Assembly (NCBI GenBank): GCA_038087875.1
Contig: CM075988.1
Span: 7,752,001 to 7,816,000, forward strand
Origin: Malacoraja senta
Lineage: Eukaryota
Reading direction: 5' to 3'
DNA length: 64,000 bases
The notes under the pieces are model-generated. The model was not told the DNA's origin, ran no database searches, and was given only the letters and a program-made list of their open reading frames with translations. The position numbers were made by a program, and so were the translations under genes. Below, one piece after another: positions 39,945 to 53,486 of this stretch (the first letter of the stretch is position 1; the number at the start of each line of letters is the position of its first letter).

Positions 39945-40994
39945 CCGCACATTAACACTATCCTACACACCCTAGGGACAATTTACACATGCACAAGAGG
40001 AATGTATATAGTTTATGGCAAGATGCTTAACATCTACTCCTGCACCTATTTTATATGTTTCTGTCATATATTACGGTCATATGGAATAGGAGTAGAATTA
40101 GGCTATTCGGCCCATCAAGTCTAATCCGCCATTCAATCATGGCTGATCTATCTCTCCCTCCTTACCCCATTCCCTCTAACACCTGTACTAATCAAGAATC
40201 TATCTATCTCTGCCTTAAAAATATCCAAAGACTTGGCCTCCACAACCTTCTGTGGGAAAGAATTCCACAGATTCACCACCCTCTGACTAAAGAAATTTCT
40301 CTTTATCTCCTTCCTAAAAGAATGTCCTTCAGTTCTATGACCTCTAGTCCTAGACTCCACCACTAGAGGAAACAGCCTCTGGGGATGGTGGTGGAGGCAG
40401 ATACGATAATGGCGTTAAAAAGGCTTTTAGATAGGCATGTGAATATGAAAGGAATGGAGGGATATGGATCACATGCAGGCAGAGGAGATTTAGTTTAATG
40501 TGGCATTATGTTCAACACAGGTATTGTAGTCTGAAAGGCATATTCCTGTACAGTAGTGTTCTATGTCCTTGGCTATGAACTGTTTGATCGGAAGAAGGTT
40601 CCGATCACATTCAAGTCTCAAGCATAGGACATGGGTTCTAACCGGGATAATTCACTGTTTCACTAAATGAAATGCGGGCTTTACTTAGACTGGATGGGAA
40701 GGGGGGGAAGGGTGCTTGATGGGTGAGTGGTGGTGACCCTGTGGGGAAGAGGGTGAACTGCACTCGTGTTATAGTAGAATTGATTCTAGTTTAAGGTATA
40801 AATAGTCTTGACTTGTTTGAGATGAGAAACAATGCTGCATTGCAATAGTCTGAAGTTTAGTTCAGTCTAGTTTATTGTCACGTGTACCGAGGTACAGTGA
40901 AAAGCTTTTGTTGCATGCTAACCAGTCAGCGGAAACACAATACAGAATGGTTTTGTCCCGAAACGTCACCCCTATTCCTTTTCTCCGGAGATTA

Positions 40995-41515
40995 AAAAAA
41001 AAACAAAATAGACTTTATTCAAGTAAAAAAAAAAAAAAATACAGGAGACAATCACAAAAAGTAGGAGTAGTCAACACAGGCAGCATCTCTGGAGAGAAGG
41101 AATGGGTGATGTTTTGGGTCGAGACCCTTCTTCAGACAACTGTGCAAAAGATTCATCCAACATTCTCGGAGCCTATACAAACATTCAGGACTGTTTACCC
41201 AAATCACAATTTACCCCACACCCTTGCCACTCTTGTGGCTCACTGGCGTGAAATCCCTTCCCTTATTTTGAGGGCCATCTCCATCACTCTCTGGCCCCCC
41301 CCCCCATGTCCAGCAGCGGAAGGACCCGAGACTGTGGTCCTCCCCCACAGAGCTTAGGTGTTGGCTGCACCGAGCTTCAGTGCGTCCCTCAGCACGTACT
41401 CCTGTAGGTCAGACGGACATCTCGCTCTGCTGGGAGGTCAACAAAGCTCGGGCAGGCCAAAGAACATTTTTCACCGAGTTGATGACCTTCCAGCAGCACT
41501 TGATATCCGTCTCTG
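40995..41515 (-). mobile_element. Tx1-clade LINE 3' fragment, interrupted by a Penelope-derived arm
   Basis: Minus strand reads DIKCCWKVINSVKNVLWPAR...LQEYVLRDALKLGAANT*ALWGRTTV, resembling recalled Tx1-type ORF2 C-termini. Confidence 0.6.
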
Positions 41516-42226
41516 ACCCACTGTGTTACTCCAGCATTTTATGCCTATTTGCAACTGCAGGTGTCTCGGATAATAATATCGCTGATTTACGTCAAGATTG
41601 TCGCTGTGCTGTGTAGGTTAGCCCTGCGAACCAGTGGATATTTTAACTGGGATTGGCTTTAATATTGCGTGCACAAGTTCTCTGGAGTCCGTCTGGCTGC
41701 AGGGTTTGTCTTTTGATGAATGAGAAATGGAGACAAAAGTCTGAACAATAGCCAGAGTTAGTCAACCTCTGAATAACATTTGTCTTTCCGCTGAAGTTAA
41801 AGTAAGCAATCCCTTCATCGGAAGTTGTGTTTGCGCGAACAACATTGCTATCTGTTCCTGGGTGTGAACCGGCCCAAGGGCGTAAAGGTACTTTGATATG
41901 GGTTCAGATCAGGATCCAAGGTCTGAATATTTGTTTGCACCTGTCAAAAAAAAGTTGATGAAATTCTAAATAACTACGGTCTCCATTTCAAGAGCAGCCA
42001 ACACCAAGTGGGACAACTGCCCTCAAAACAGAATGTGCATTCTGCTGAATATTAGACATGCAGACTGAGCTTTCAGAAAATTCTTAATCCACTTCAAAAT
42101 CAAACATGGCAGGGCCGTGTGTGAAACTGTGGGAGATATCTCTGTGCACAACACCCTTGACAATTCCTGACTCTGCCAAACGATTTCGCTGAGTGGGAAT
42201 TTAGAGCCCAATGAATGAATAAGTTT

Positions 42227-42329
42227 GGAGGTACACAAAAATGCTGGAGAAACTCAGCGGGTGCAGCAGCATCTATGGAGCGAAGGAAATAGGCAACGTT
42301 TCAGGCCGAAACCCTTCTTCAGACCCGGA
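42227..42329 (-). mobile_element. Solo Penelope-terminus-derived short element
   Basis: Single arm of about 100 bp; 14-bp TSD gaatgaataagttt (42213-42226, 42330-42343). Confidence 0.75.
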
Positions 42330-43135
42330 GAATGAATAAGTTTATTGGCCAAGTAGATTCACATACAAGGGATTTGCCTTGGTACTCCGCCTGCAAGTGA
42401 CAACATGACATACAGCGACAGTTAGGAATTACACATAAAACATTAAACATTAATAATAAAACATTATCGATTAAATGTGAATTAAATAAAATACCAGAGC
42501 AAAAGGAGGGTACAGATCTTTGGTTATTGAGTAGAGCTACTACTTGTCAAAAAAAGCTGTTTTTATGTCTGACTGTGGCAGCTTTGACAGTCCGGAGTCG
42601 CCTTCCAGAGGGAAATTATTCAAAGAGTTTGTGGCCAGGGTGAGAAGGGTCAGAGGTGATTTTACCCGCTCACTTCCTGGCCCTTGCAGTGTACAGTTCG
42701 TCAATGGAGGGAAGGTTGCAACCAATAACCTTCTCAGCTGATCGGACGATTCGCTGCAGCCTCCAGGTGTCGTGCTTGTTGGCTGAGCCAAACCAGACCA
42801 TGATGGAGAAGGTGAGGACAGAGGCCGTATAGAATTGGACCATCATTACCTGTGGCTGATTGTGCTTCCTCAGCTGCCACAGAAAGTACATCCTCTGTTG
42901 TGCCTTTTTGACTGTGGAGTCGATGATGGCCTCCCATTTAAGGTCCTTGGAGATGATGGCTCCCAGGAACTTAAAAGGCTCCACAGATGTGACTGTGGTG
43001 TTGTTGATGGTGAGTGGGGTGAGTAGAGGGGGAGTTCTTCTAAAGTTTACAATCAATTCCACTGTCTTAAGAGCATTGAGCTCCAGGTTGTTACGATGGC
43101 ATCAAGATGCCAGCTGTGTCACTTCCTGTCTGTAG
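42330..43135 (-). mobile_element. Rex1/Babar-clade LINE 3' fragment
   Basis: ELIVNFRR...FKFLGAIISKDLKW...KKAQQRMYFL...SVLTFSIMVWFG motifs. Confidence 0.85.
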
Positions 43136-44103
43136 CTCTAATTTTAAGAGGAACGGGGAGTGATTGTGCCCCCTGTCTTTATGCATATTGATCCCAGTAG
43201 GCTATTTGATTATCACATAGAGGTACTTTGTGCTAGTTCCATTATTATAGAGTTATATAGCTTGAAAACAAACCCATCAGCCTAATTCATGCATGCCAAC
43301 CACGATATCTATCAGTCCTATTTGCCAGATTTTTTTCAAAATAGTCATATTTGCCACATCCTACTAAACCTGTCCAAATATATTTTAAATGTTGTAATTG
43401 TATCTGCCTATATGGTTTCCTTTGTCAGCTCATTTGATATACCCACCACAAAATAGCGGAGTCAGGGGATATGGGGAGAAGGCAGGAACGGGGTACTGAT
43501 TGGGGATGATCAGCCATGATCACATTGGCTGGCTCGAAGGGCCGAATGGCCTACTCCTGCACCTATTGTCTATTGTCTATTGTCACTTGGTGTGGAAAAA
43601 GGTGCCCCTCGGGTCTCTTTTAAGTAAATACAATAATAAACAACAAAAAGAGTTCTGGTTATTTAGCAAACAGACAATATTATTGCAAAGACTTAAACAA
43701 TAACCTCAAGTCTATGTAGTTCGGAGTTTATTTGGAGGTTGTAGTATTTAATAGCCTGATGGCTGTTGGGAAGAAGCTGCTTCTGAACCTGGGCATTACG
43801 TTTTTCAGGCACCCATATCCTCTTCCCGATGGCAGGTGTGAAATGAGTGTGTGGCCAGGGTGATGTGGGTCTCTGATGATGCTGGCTGCCTTTTTGAGGC
43901 AGGGCTCCTGTAAGAGCCATTCGATGGCGGGGAGGTCAGTACATGTGATAGTCTGGGCAGTGTTCACTATTTAGGTTAATTTTGGCTTGTAACAGTCATC
44001 TCAGGAGGGATCTATGTTTGTGGCGCAGCCCTCTGTTCGCATGCCTTCACCATCAGACATAATACATTGCATCAACTTTATAGGAAGTATCAAAGCTGAC
44101 CCA

Positions 44104-44320
44104 AGATAGACACAAGAGGCTAGAGTAACTCAGCGGATCAGACCGCATCTCTGGAGAACAGGAATAGGTGACGTTTCAGGTCGAGAACCATCGTTAGAAG
44201 ATCTGAAGTCTGAAGAAGAGTTTCTTTTCTCCAGAGATGCTGTCTGATCCACTGAGTTACTGCAGCTTTTTGTGTCTATCTATGGTTTAAATCCGCATCT
44301 GCAGTTCCTCCCTACGCATT
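44104..44320. mobile_element. Short palindromic Penelope-terminus-derived element
   Basis: Inverted arms; exact 14-bp TSD tcaaagctgaccca (44090-44103, 44321-44334). Confidence 0.8.
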
Positions 44321-45416
44321 TCAAAGCTGACCCAGGCAGTGCTTGTTTTCTAATGTCGATGCAAGGACCTACAGATGCTGGTTCACCAAAATAGACACAA
44401 AGTTCTGAAGTAACTCAGTGCGTCAGGCAACATCCCTGGAGAACATGGATAGGTGACGTTTCAGGTCGGGACCTGTCTTCAGACTGATTATGGTGGGGGA
44501 CAGGGGGTTAGGTGGGAGAAAGCTGGAAGAGCGGAGGGCATAACAAAGCCTGGCAGGTAACATGTAGAAATAAGGAACTTCAGGTGGTGGTCTTCAGAGC
44601 GTGCCCACCTGAAACCTCACCTATCTATGTTCTCCAGAGACGCTGAGCTACTCCAGCACTTTGTGTCCTTTTCTGTAAACCACCACCTGAGTTGCTCCAG
44701 CACTGTGTCCTGACAAGTAATAGGTTGATATAGGTGAAGGGAGAGGGGGTTAGGTGGGAGAAAGGCGGAGTACCAAGGCAAATCCCTTGTATGTTGATAG
44801 GCAGATGGTTGGACAAAGGACAGAGGAGAAAACACAGAGGATGACAGACAAAAGGATTGAAGAGTTGCAAATTGTGAAGTTAGAGGAAGGAATGTAGGTG
44901 AGGGGAGAAATAGATGTAAATCCAGGTGGGGCACAGGAGAGGGGGTGCGGGGGAAGAAGGGAGGTGGGGGAGGTTTTGTAGTTAGCTAAAACATTTTATA
45001 TTCTTGGAACCAGGGAGATAAAATAACCAACTGTGCCCTTTTTCTAAAGATGGTCTGGACATCAATTGTACTCCCCTCTGCTTCATGCAAACTGACGCTT
45101 TGTGCTCTTCAGTCTGAAGAAGGGTTCTGACCCAAATCGTCACCCATCCTTTTCCTCCAGAGATGCTACCTAACCCGCTGAGTTACTCCAGCACTTTGTG
45201 CCTACTGAACCCACTTAGGTTTATGTGGTAGTATGACGATGTTCTCTGTCTTCATCTAATAGCTGCCCTCCTTGGCTTCAATTTGACAAGATTATTTGAT
45301 GCCACAGTGCATTTGTGTGTCATATATTGCAAAATGGCTTTGATTGTCCTTTCAGCTGAGGTTGTGGCTTTAGCTAGAGTTGCAGCAATGACTAGAAGCT
45401 CTACCTGAGGTAGTGA

Positions 45417-45879
45417 AGACTGTCCCACTTGGCCGTCATTTGTGCCTCATTTACGCGTCATATGTAAAATAAGTCGACGCATTGTGACGCACGGGTAGCG
45501 TGTGGGTAGAGCGGGACGGGCGCATGGAGAGGCGTGGAGGAGTGTGGAGTTGCGCGTGGTATCGTGCGGCGCTCCAGGATTTCGTGCCTAACGAAATCCT
45601 CGTTCGCCACCTGCATGACGTATCGCGTACGCACGCTGACGCATTGGCGTCGCATGCTGCGTCCCGACATCTCATGTGTATCGCGTGGTGACGCATGGTT
45701 ACGTCACCATGCATAACCATGCGTCGCCGCGCACCGCAGGGTATTCTAATGACGTCTCGTGCACCAGACGGCAGGATGACGCGTGATTTGTGCGCGATGT
45801 CGCGCATAACGACGCGTCGACCTATTTTACATATGATGCGTAAATGAGGCGCAAATGACAGCCAAGTGGGACAGGCCCT
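45417..45879. mobile_element. Harbinger-like MITE (family C)
   Basis: TIRs of about 60 bp (CTGTCCCACTTGGCCGTCATTTG.../...CAAATGACAGCCAAGTGGGACAGGCCCT); left tip degraded; CpG-dense interior. Confidence 0.75.
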
Positions 45880-47739
45880 TCAACATGCATATCTTAAGTC
45901 TAGTGTTAACACCCCATTATTGCTGGGTAAACAACACATGTTCCAATATGTTTGTGTGATAGGTAGCAAAAGGTGTTTTATGTAATTTGTAGTTAGCTGG
46001 AGCTGTCTCACTGTTTGTGTCATACACATTTTCCATCAGAATAAGTTCCTTTAAAAAACACCCCATGCTTTCAAACCTCCGAGGAATATAAATTGCTTCA
46101 CAGCTAATTGACTAATTTAGTTTAGTTTATTTGCACGTGTACCAAGGTACAGTGAAAAGCTTTAAGTTTTTGTTTAGTTCAGAGATACAGTGCGGTAAAC
46201 AGGCCCTTCGGCTCACCGAGTTTGCGCCGGCCAGCGATCCCCGCACACTAACATTATCCTACACACACCAGGAACAATCCACAATTTTTATCGAAGCCAA
46301 TTAGCCTACAAGCCTGTGCGACTTTGGAGTGTGGGAGGAAACCGGAACACCCGGAGAAAACCCACGCAGATCACGAGAAGAATGTACAGTTACCATACTG
46401 CAAATAGAATCAGATGGAGAACAGGTGCGCTCCCCAAATTCCACCATTTACAGGTGCCATACACTCCCATATTTCCATCTAATGTCCCTCCAGTTGCTCT
46501 CCCTCCTGTCCTTTCATTCATTGGAATTTTAGAAGTCTTGATCAGCAGTGCAATTTAGTTAATCACGGGCATCAAACCTGCACATAAATTAAAGCAACAG
46601 AAAATGCTTAACCATTATAAACCTGATAATGAGGGTATGCTAGGCTGGGAAATTTCAGCCTTGCAGTTTTTACTGTTTAGGTGAAAGTAAACAATGCTAG
46701 CTGACAAAGAATCAGCAAACAATAAAACCTGCGATAATTGCGGAACATTTTGTACTTGTACCCAGATGTTTAATTGTATTGATTTTCATGTTGCGTCTTT
46801 CGTAAGTAAAACACGTGTCTTTCAACGAGCAGGTCTAAAGACTTGCCATCTGAGTCTCATCAATATTGCAATATGGATTTTCTTTTTTAAATAATAGAGG
46901 TCATTTATTGCACCTTTCTACTGGACATATAGTAACAGCAGCTCTGGCTCACACCAGAACAGTAATTATCTCTTTGTTTTGTCACAAAACAAGGAAGGAT
47001 GAGAAGAGGTTTAATCTGCTGAAAGAAAGAGGAAGGAGAACTGTTGCGAGTAATGGTGGATTGAGAGATCATTACTGGAAATCCTGGTTAGGTCTGAACT
47101 GGGAGGCCTGAGGCCTATCCATGTTCTCCAGGGATGCTGTCCGACCCGCTGAGTTACTCCAACATTAGGTGTCTTTTTTTAATCTGCTGAAATTGGGTAC
47201 AGTGTGTATGATTCCTTATGAATTCTGTGGAGTGAAAGGGATGGAGTTTCATCATGTATAATTCCGCATCATGGAATAGTGCGGAGAGACACACACAGAC
47301 AAAGAATGGAGACACAACAAAGTGTACGTGCGAGAAGCTTGAGCAAAACACAAAGTGCTGGAGGAACTCAGCGGGTCAGGCAGCATCTGGGGAGGGAATG
47401 GACAGGTGATGTTTCAGGTTGGGACCTCTTCAGATTCAGCACAAGATGGACAGAGCCTCCCCAGATGCTGCCTGACCTGCTGCGTTTCAATAGCGCTTTG
47501 TACTTTGCCACAGACATAAGAATACACTTTCAGTAGTGAACGGGATAAAAATGGTAAAGAAGCAAAATTAAAAGGCACACAACATTCCCAGCAAATCAGT
47601 GGTACAAATGGAAATCAATGAGAACTATCAGTTGACAGCCATTCCAGAGAAGTAAATTGACAATGTAAAAAAGTCTAAAGATCCTGGATGCAAAAAGAGA
47701 ATGGGTACTATTGATAATAAAAGAAGGGATAAAGTTAGG

Positions 47740-48200
47740 TGAGACAAAGGCTAGGTAGAATTAGCTCAGAAATATTGTGGGGGAGAAAAAAAAATAAGGG
47801 TTCTCTGTAGACCCCCAACCAGTGGTTATGTGGGGTTTATTATAAACCAGGAAATGGGTGTTTGTGTAACAATGGTAATGAAACAATCACGAGAGCTGCA
47901 ATCCACATGAAGAGTGGATGAATTAATTATTAGAAAGTGTGTGGTATATGTGGTTATGGCATGTGTAAAAGATTATGTTTTTAGAGCATAATGAGAAGGA
48001 ACCAGTTAGGGAATAGACGATTTTAGACCTAATATAGTGCCATGAGAAAAGATTGGTTAGTAATCTTGTAGTTAAGTTAAGGGGTCAGAGGGGAGAGTGA
48101 TCATAAATAGGATAGAATTTTATATGAAGATTGAAAGTGATTCCGTTTAATATGTCTAAACAAAGCAAACTGTTAGGTATAAGCCATGTTTCAGCAATGG
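47740..48200 (+). mobile_element. Highly decayed CR1 endonuclease-region remnant
   Basis: Traces of RPP, ILDL and SDH..IEF-like motifs in AT-rich, broken frames. Confidence 0.35.
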
Positions 48201-48342
48201 TAGATTGAGAACCTATTTTTTCAAAAATAACAGTGAAAAATCAAAGGCTTGTCTTTAATGTTGTCCCTTTAAGGGACAAAACACAGTAAAGTGGTCCAAC
48301 TGCGACTTAACAAGAGAAGTTAAAAATATGTAAGGACTCTAT

Positions 48343-49365
48343 CCCCAATTTCTCCATCTATGTCGCATCTGCTCCCAGCATGAGATGCTCCATACTAGGG
48401 CATCGGAGATGTCCTCATTCTTCAGGAACGGTGGTTCCCCTCTTTTATTATAGATAAGGCTCTCACCAGGGCCTCCTCTATATCCTGCAGCTCAGGTCTT
48501 ACTTCCCCTCCCCCTATTCGTAACAAGGACAGAGTCCCCCTTGTCCTCACCTTCCACCCCATCAGCCGTCGCATACAACATATAATCCTCCGACATTTTT
48601 GCCACCTCTAACGGGATCCCACTACTGGCCACATCTTCCCACCTCCTCCCCTTTCTGCTTTCCGCAGAGACCGTTCTCTCCGTAACTCCCTGGTCAATTC
48701 GTCCCTTCCCACCCAAACAACCCCCTCCCCAGGTATTTTCCCTTGCAACCGCACGAGATGCAACACCTGTCCCTTTACCTCCCCCATCGACTCCATCCAA
48801 GGGCTTAATCAGTCTTTCCAGGTGAGGTAGAGGTTCACCTGCACCTCCTCCAACCTCATCTACTGCATCCGCTGCTCCAGGTATCAACTCCTCTATATCA
48901 GCGAGACCAAGCGCAGGCTCGGCGATCGCTTCGCTGAACTCAGTCCGTCTTAACCAAGCTGATCTCCCGGTGGCTCAGCACTTCAACTCGCCCTCACATT
49001 CCCAATCCGACCTTTCTGTCCTGGGCCTCCTCCATTGTCAGAGTGAGGCCCGGCGCAAATTGGAGGAACAGCACCTCATATTTCGCTTGGGTAGTCTACA
49101 CCCCAGTGGTATGAACATTGACTTCCCTAACTTCAAATACCCCTTGCTTTCTCCCTCCTTCCCCTCCCTTCATAGTTGTCTCACAGTCCTACTGTCTCCT
49201 ACATCCTTTCTCCCCCCCCTCCCCTGTAATCAGTCTGAAGAGGGGTCTCGACCCGAAACGTCGCCTATTCCTTCTCTTCATAGATGCTGCCTCAGCAGCT
49301 GAGTTTTATCCAGCATTTTTTGTCTACTTTTGATTTTTCCAGCATCTGCAGTTCCTTCTTAAACA
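48343..49365 (+). mobile_element. Penelope-like 3' fragment (end of RT region, GIY-YIG, 3' end)
   Basis: Degenerate RRICSQ..RASEMSSFFR..GFP-like region followed by GIY-YIG sequence (AQHFNSPSHSQSDLSVLGLLHCQSEARRKLEEQHLIFRLGSLHPSGMN). Confidence 0.85.
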
Positions 49366-49552
49366 TTGATTCCCTTACTCTGGATAAAATGCTCTGTGCG
49401 TTTACCATATCTATTCCCCCCATGATGTTATCCACTCCCTAAAATCAGTCTGAAGAAGGATCCCAACCCGAGATGTCACCTACCCATGTTCATCAGGGAT
49501 GCTGCCTAACCCGCTGAGCTACTCTCTCACTTTGTGTCTTTTATTCCCCTGG

Positions 49553-49857
49553 TGGCGGCACAGTGGCATAGCGGTAGAGCTGCTGCCTTACAGTCCCAGA
49601 GACCCGGGTTCAATCCTGACTACGGGTTTTGGAGTCTTTATGCTCTACCTGTGACCTTGTGGGTTTTCTCCGGGTGCTCTGGTTTCCTCCCACACTCCAA
49701 AGACGTACAGGTTTGTAGGTTAATTGGCTTTGGTAAAAATGATAAGTTTTCTCTAGTGCGTAGGATAGTGTTAGTGTAGGAGGTCAGCGGTCATTGGTCA
49801 GCGTGGACTCGGTGGGCCAAAGAGCCTGTTTCCGCGCTGTTTCTCTAAAGTCTAAAG
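49553..49857 (+). mobile_element. tRNA-derived V-SINE (HE1-like); other plus-strand copies near 1-150, 54245-54395, 57335-57635, 58005-58318
   Basis: ggcggcacagtggcatagcggtagag...gggttcaatcc...ggtttcctcccacactccaaagacgtacaggtttgtaggttaattggc...tail. Confidence 0.85.
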
Positions 49858-52145
49858 TAGTAGTAATAATTGCCTCAGTATTAAATCACTCATCCTTGTT
49901 TCAAAACCCTTCTCTCCCTCATCTCCGTGATGTCCTGTAACTCAGTGTCTATCTGATAAAAACAGGACTTCTCTAATTCTGATCTTTCGCTCATCCATTA
50001 AAATAACTGAGGTGCCTTCAGTGTCAAGGCCCTCAGCCTCACAATCCCTCCCATACATCCACCCACATTTCTTCGTGCACTCCAGGCCCTTCCACAAATT
50101 TTGACCTAGCTTCCTTGAGTTGGCATCAAATGCTTGTTTGTTTACACTTCTGTGCAGTGACTTTGATCCTTTTAATTGCATCATATAAATAAAGTCATAA
50201 TTAAAATATTAGAAAATTCATTTTGTTGGTGGGGTAGGAGTTTAACCCATTAGAATTCTACACAGTGGGAGGCAATAAGAAGGAGTTTCTTTCTTTGTGT
50301 CTGAAGCCACTAACATTTACAGACCTTAACTGAGATAAATAAGCAGGACTTTAAGTGTTGCCTGACATGCAAGTCTGTCTCGTTTCTTTATGCATTTTAT
50401 TTAGGGGGGAATTAATATATTGTTTTTATTCACCATCATTCAATGCGTTAATTCCTCTCTCTCAAGCCCAATCAGGCAAAAATCTCTTCATACAGAAACC
50501 CCACCGTGTTTTGGTGTTGCAGTTAGCCTTGTGAGGTAAATTAGCAGGAAATCTGCATATACAGATTGATAATTGTGAGTCTGGTGTCTCGATTGTAATT
50601 TATTAGTTTCTATTATTGCGGGTTACCATGACAACGACTCGCAGCCAGGCGACGAGAGAGATGTTAGATATGCGATGATGAAGCTCCTAGCCCCAACAAA
50701 TTGAGATGCACATTTTTATCAGCAATTTTCTGAAATAATAAGTAGGAATTTAATGAGATGTAAATCTGTCCTATGGCTGCTGCAGCTTGTGTTATTTTCC
50801 CCTCTAGTTTTTTTTTTGCCTTTTTTTTGCAGCGATCTAATTAGAATGAGTTGTACAGGGAAGTAATGGGGATTACGTTAATCAGTAAGATATAAGGATA
50901 AAGTCAAAAATGCCCTGAGTGTGTATAAAAGAAGCGGGGGAGGGGTGGAATTAAGCAGGGGAAAGTTTGTCTCACTGATAAATGTCAGCCAGGGAAAACC
51001 TTGTTGGATGCCAATGGGTTTTGCATTGCAATGCTACTGGATCCTCAGATACCAGCATATGAGAACTGACAGTAAAGAATAGACCCAGTGGCCCATCCAG
51101 TCTGTTGTGTATTTTGTTTCATTCACAAGCACTCCTGGCCCCAGCCTGAATCTGAGCGACCTCGTGAAAATGGCACAGCACTTGATTAAAAATCCTCTCT
51201 GTCCACAACATCAGCAGCGTGAGGCCGTCCAAAGAATCAAATGTTACTCCTGTTTTTTTATGTCAATCTACAGTATCCTGTTTATTACTACATCGCCATG
51301 TATGTGAGTCACAAAGCACAGAAACAGGCCCTTCGGCCCAACTCATCCATGCCGATCAAGAGAACCCATCAAAATTGCCCGTTTCTGGCCAATATCCCTC
51401 TAAACCTTTCTTATCCTTGTACTTGTACAATTGTCTTTTAAATGCTGTTATAGTACCTAACAACTACCTCCTCTGGCAGCTTTGTTCCATATACCAACAC
51501 CCTCCAAATGAAAAAGTGCCCCATAGGTTCCTGTTAAATCTTTCCCCTCTCACCTTAAACCTTTGTCCTCTGGTTTTTGATTCTCATACTCTGGGCAAAA
51601 ATTCTAGTCTGTCGTTAATCCGACTTTATCGGAATTTATCTTGCACTATATGTTGTATCCTTTATGCTTTATCTATACACTGTGGACGGCTCGATTGCAA
51701 TCATGGCCTGGATAGCACGCAAACAAAGGCTTTTCATTATCTCTGCACACATGAGAGTAATGAACTAAACTAAAAGACTCTGTGCATTCATCCTATCTAT
51801 TCCCCTCATGATGTTATACATCTCGATAAGATCACCCCTCAACCTCTTGTGGTTCAAGGAATAAAATCCTAGCCTGCCCATCTTCTCCATATACCTCAGG
51901 CCCTCGAGTCCAGATAAATCTCTTCCAACTTAATGACACCCTTTCTACAGCACGGTGACCAAAGCTGAACACAACATATCTCTCTGTATGTCTTCAACCA
52001 TATCCTATTTTATCGACCTGTGTATACCAGTCTGGCCATATCTCCTCATGGGACTGCTTCATTGGCCTTCCTGCTCCCTCTGTCACAGCTGGTGAGTGGT
52101 ATGTGCACTAATTTCACACAACATGGAGTAATCCCTGCAACATGA

Positions 52146-52479
52146 TGGGCCTGTCTCACTTAGGAGAAATCTTTTTTTTTTTGATATTATATTAATTTTA
52201 TTAATTGGCTTCTTTCGAATTTAATCTTTTTATTTGAATTTCACGGCAATTTACATACATACAATAATAACAGACAGTAATAATCAAGGCATAATTGTAC
52301 AAGAGTATGTAAGCGATCCTCAAAACCCTTACCCTTACCCACCTTCAACCCACCTTCAACCCACCCAATTCAGGTCGGAGCCAAATGGGGACAAACAACA
52401 CTCACAGACGTACACATCCACACACAAATGGTAAAATAGACGAAACAAAATGTGCTATATAAAAATAAAAATAGAAAAA

Positions 52480-52512
<33 letters not shown>

Positions 52513-53486
52513 TATCTAAATAAACAATTGTAGGGAGGGGGGGATTAAGGGGAAAGCAGCTGCTGTAGAACAAAACGATGATGGAGAACACTCAGTCCTC
52601 TTCCGAGTCCGGGGACAAGGTAAGAGAGTTAACCAGTTCAAAGAAAGGGTTCCATGTATCTAGGAATGTCTTGGTAGAGCCTTTGAGAGAGCAGAAGACT
52701 GCACTCGCCACATGGTCGCCACATGTTCGCTGGTGGTCTTCGGTGAGTCTCCCTCATGGTCGCGAGGAGCTCCCGCATTCTGGGAACTAGTCGCGGCCTC
52801 AGTATGGTCGCCGCAAATTTTTCAACGTTGAAAAATTTTCTGCAACCAAAAATTGGTCGCCATGGAGAAAATCAATAATCCTGTAGTCGTAGGAGCAGTT
52901 GTAGTGGGGTCGCCATGTAGTTCTAGGTAGTCGAGGTAGTCGTAGGGAGTTTTAGTTAATCGCCTTTGCTGACCGGTCATTTTCATTGGCTCATTGAGGA
53001 AAAAAAAACGTAAGCAGGAGTTTTCAGAACCAAGGAGAACCGACCGGTAATGTGAAATGACCGCCGAACTTCACAGCTGTGTATCTCTGGCTTATTACAA
53101 GTTGTCTGGCTTCTTAAAAGTTGTCTCCACTCCTTCTCCCCCCTTCTCCCCCCCTCTACCCCCATCTACCCCCCTCACCCCCCTTCTCCCCCCCTTCTCC
53201 CCTCTTTTAAAGGACTTACCATACACTGCTAGCCATCTTAATTACAGCGCCATCCTTCCTGTTCATCGTGGTGTGTGTATGTATCACCTTGGATTTGTAC
53301 CGTGTAAATTTCAGACAGCGCACCCCTGCTTGCCCTGGCCCCCGCCTTTGCGATGTATGTGTGTGTGTGTGTGTGTGTGTTCCACTCTGACAGTCGCCGT
53401 TCCAGTTCCCGGTTTTTCAGGCGACTGCCGGCAACTTGACAATCGCCAGCAGTCCGCTGAAAAATCGCCTAAGTGGGACAGGCCCT
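52146..53486. mobile_element. Harbinger-like non-autonomous element (family B, long) containing a nested L1 fragment
   Basis: TGGGCCTGTCTCACTTAGG...CCTAAGTGGGACAGGCCCT; exact TGA duplication (52143-52145, 53487-53489); shares the TTTTCAAC..GTTGAAAA palindrome and GTCGTAGG repeats with 32098-32324. Confidence 0.75.
52172..52700 (-). mobile_element. L1-clade 3' fragment
   Basis: Minus strand reads SLKGSTKTFLDTWNPFFE (L1 ORF2 C-terminus-like), followed by an AT-rich UTR, AATAAA and poly(A) (T-run near 52172-52182). Confidence 0.7.

Noticed and set aside
49553..49625. tRNA-like sequences with A and B boxes
   Set aside because: They are SINE heads continuing into the SINE body and tail, not standalone tRNA genes.
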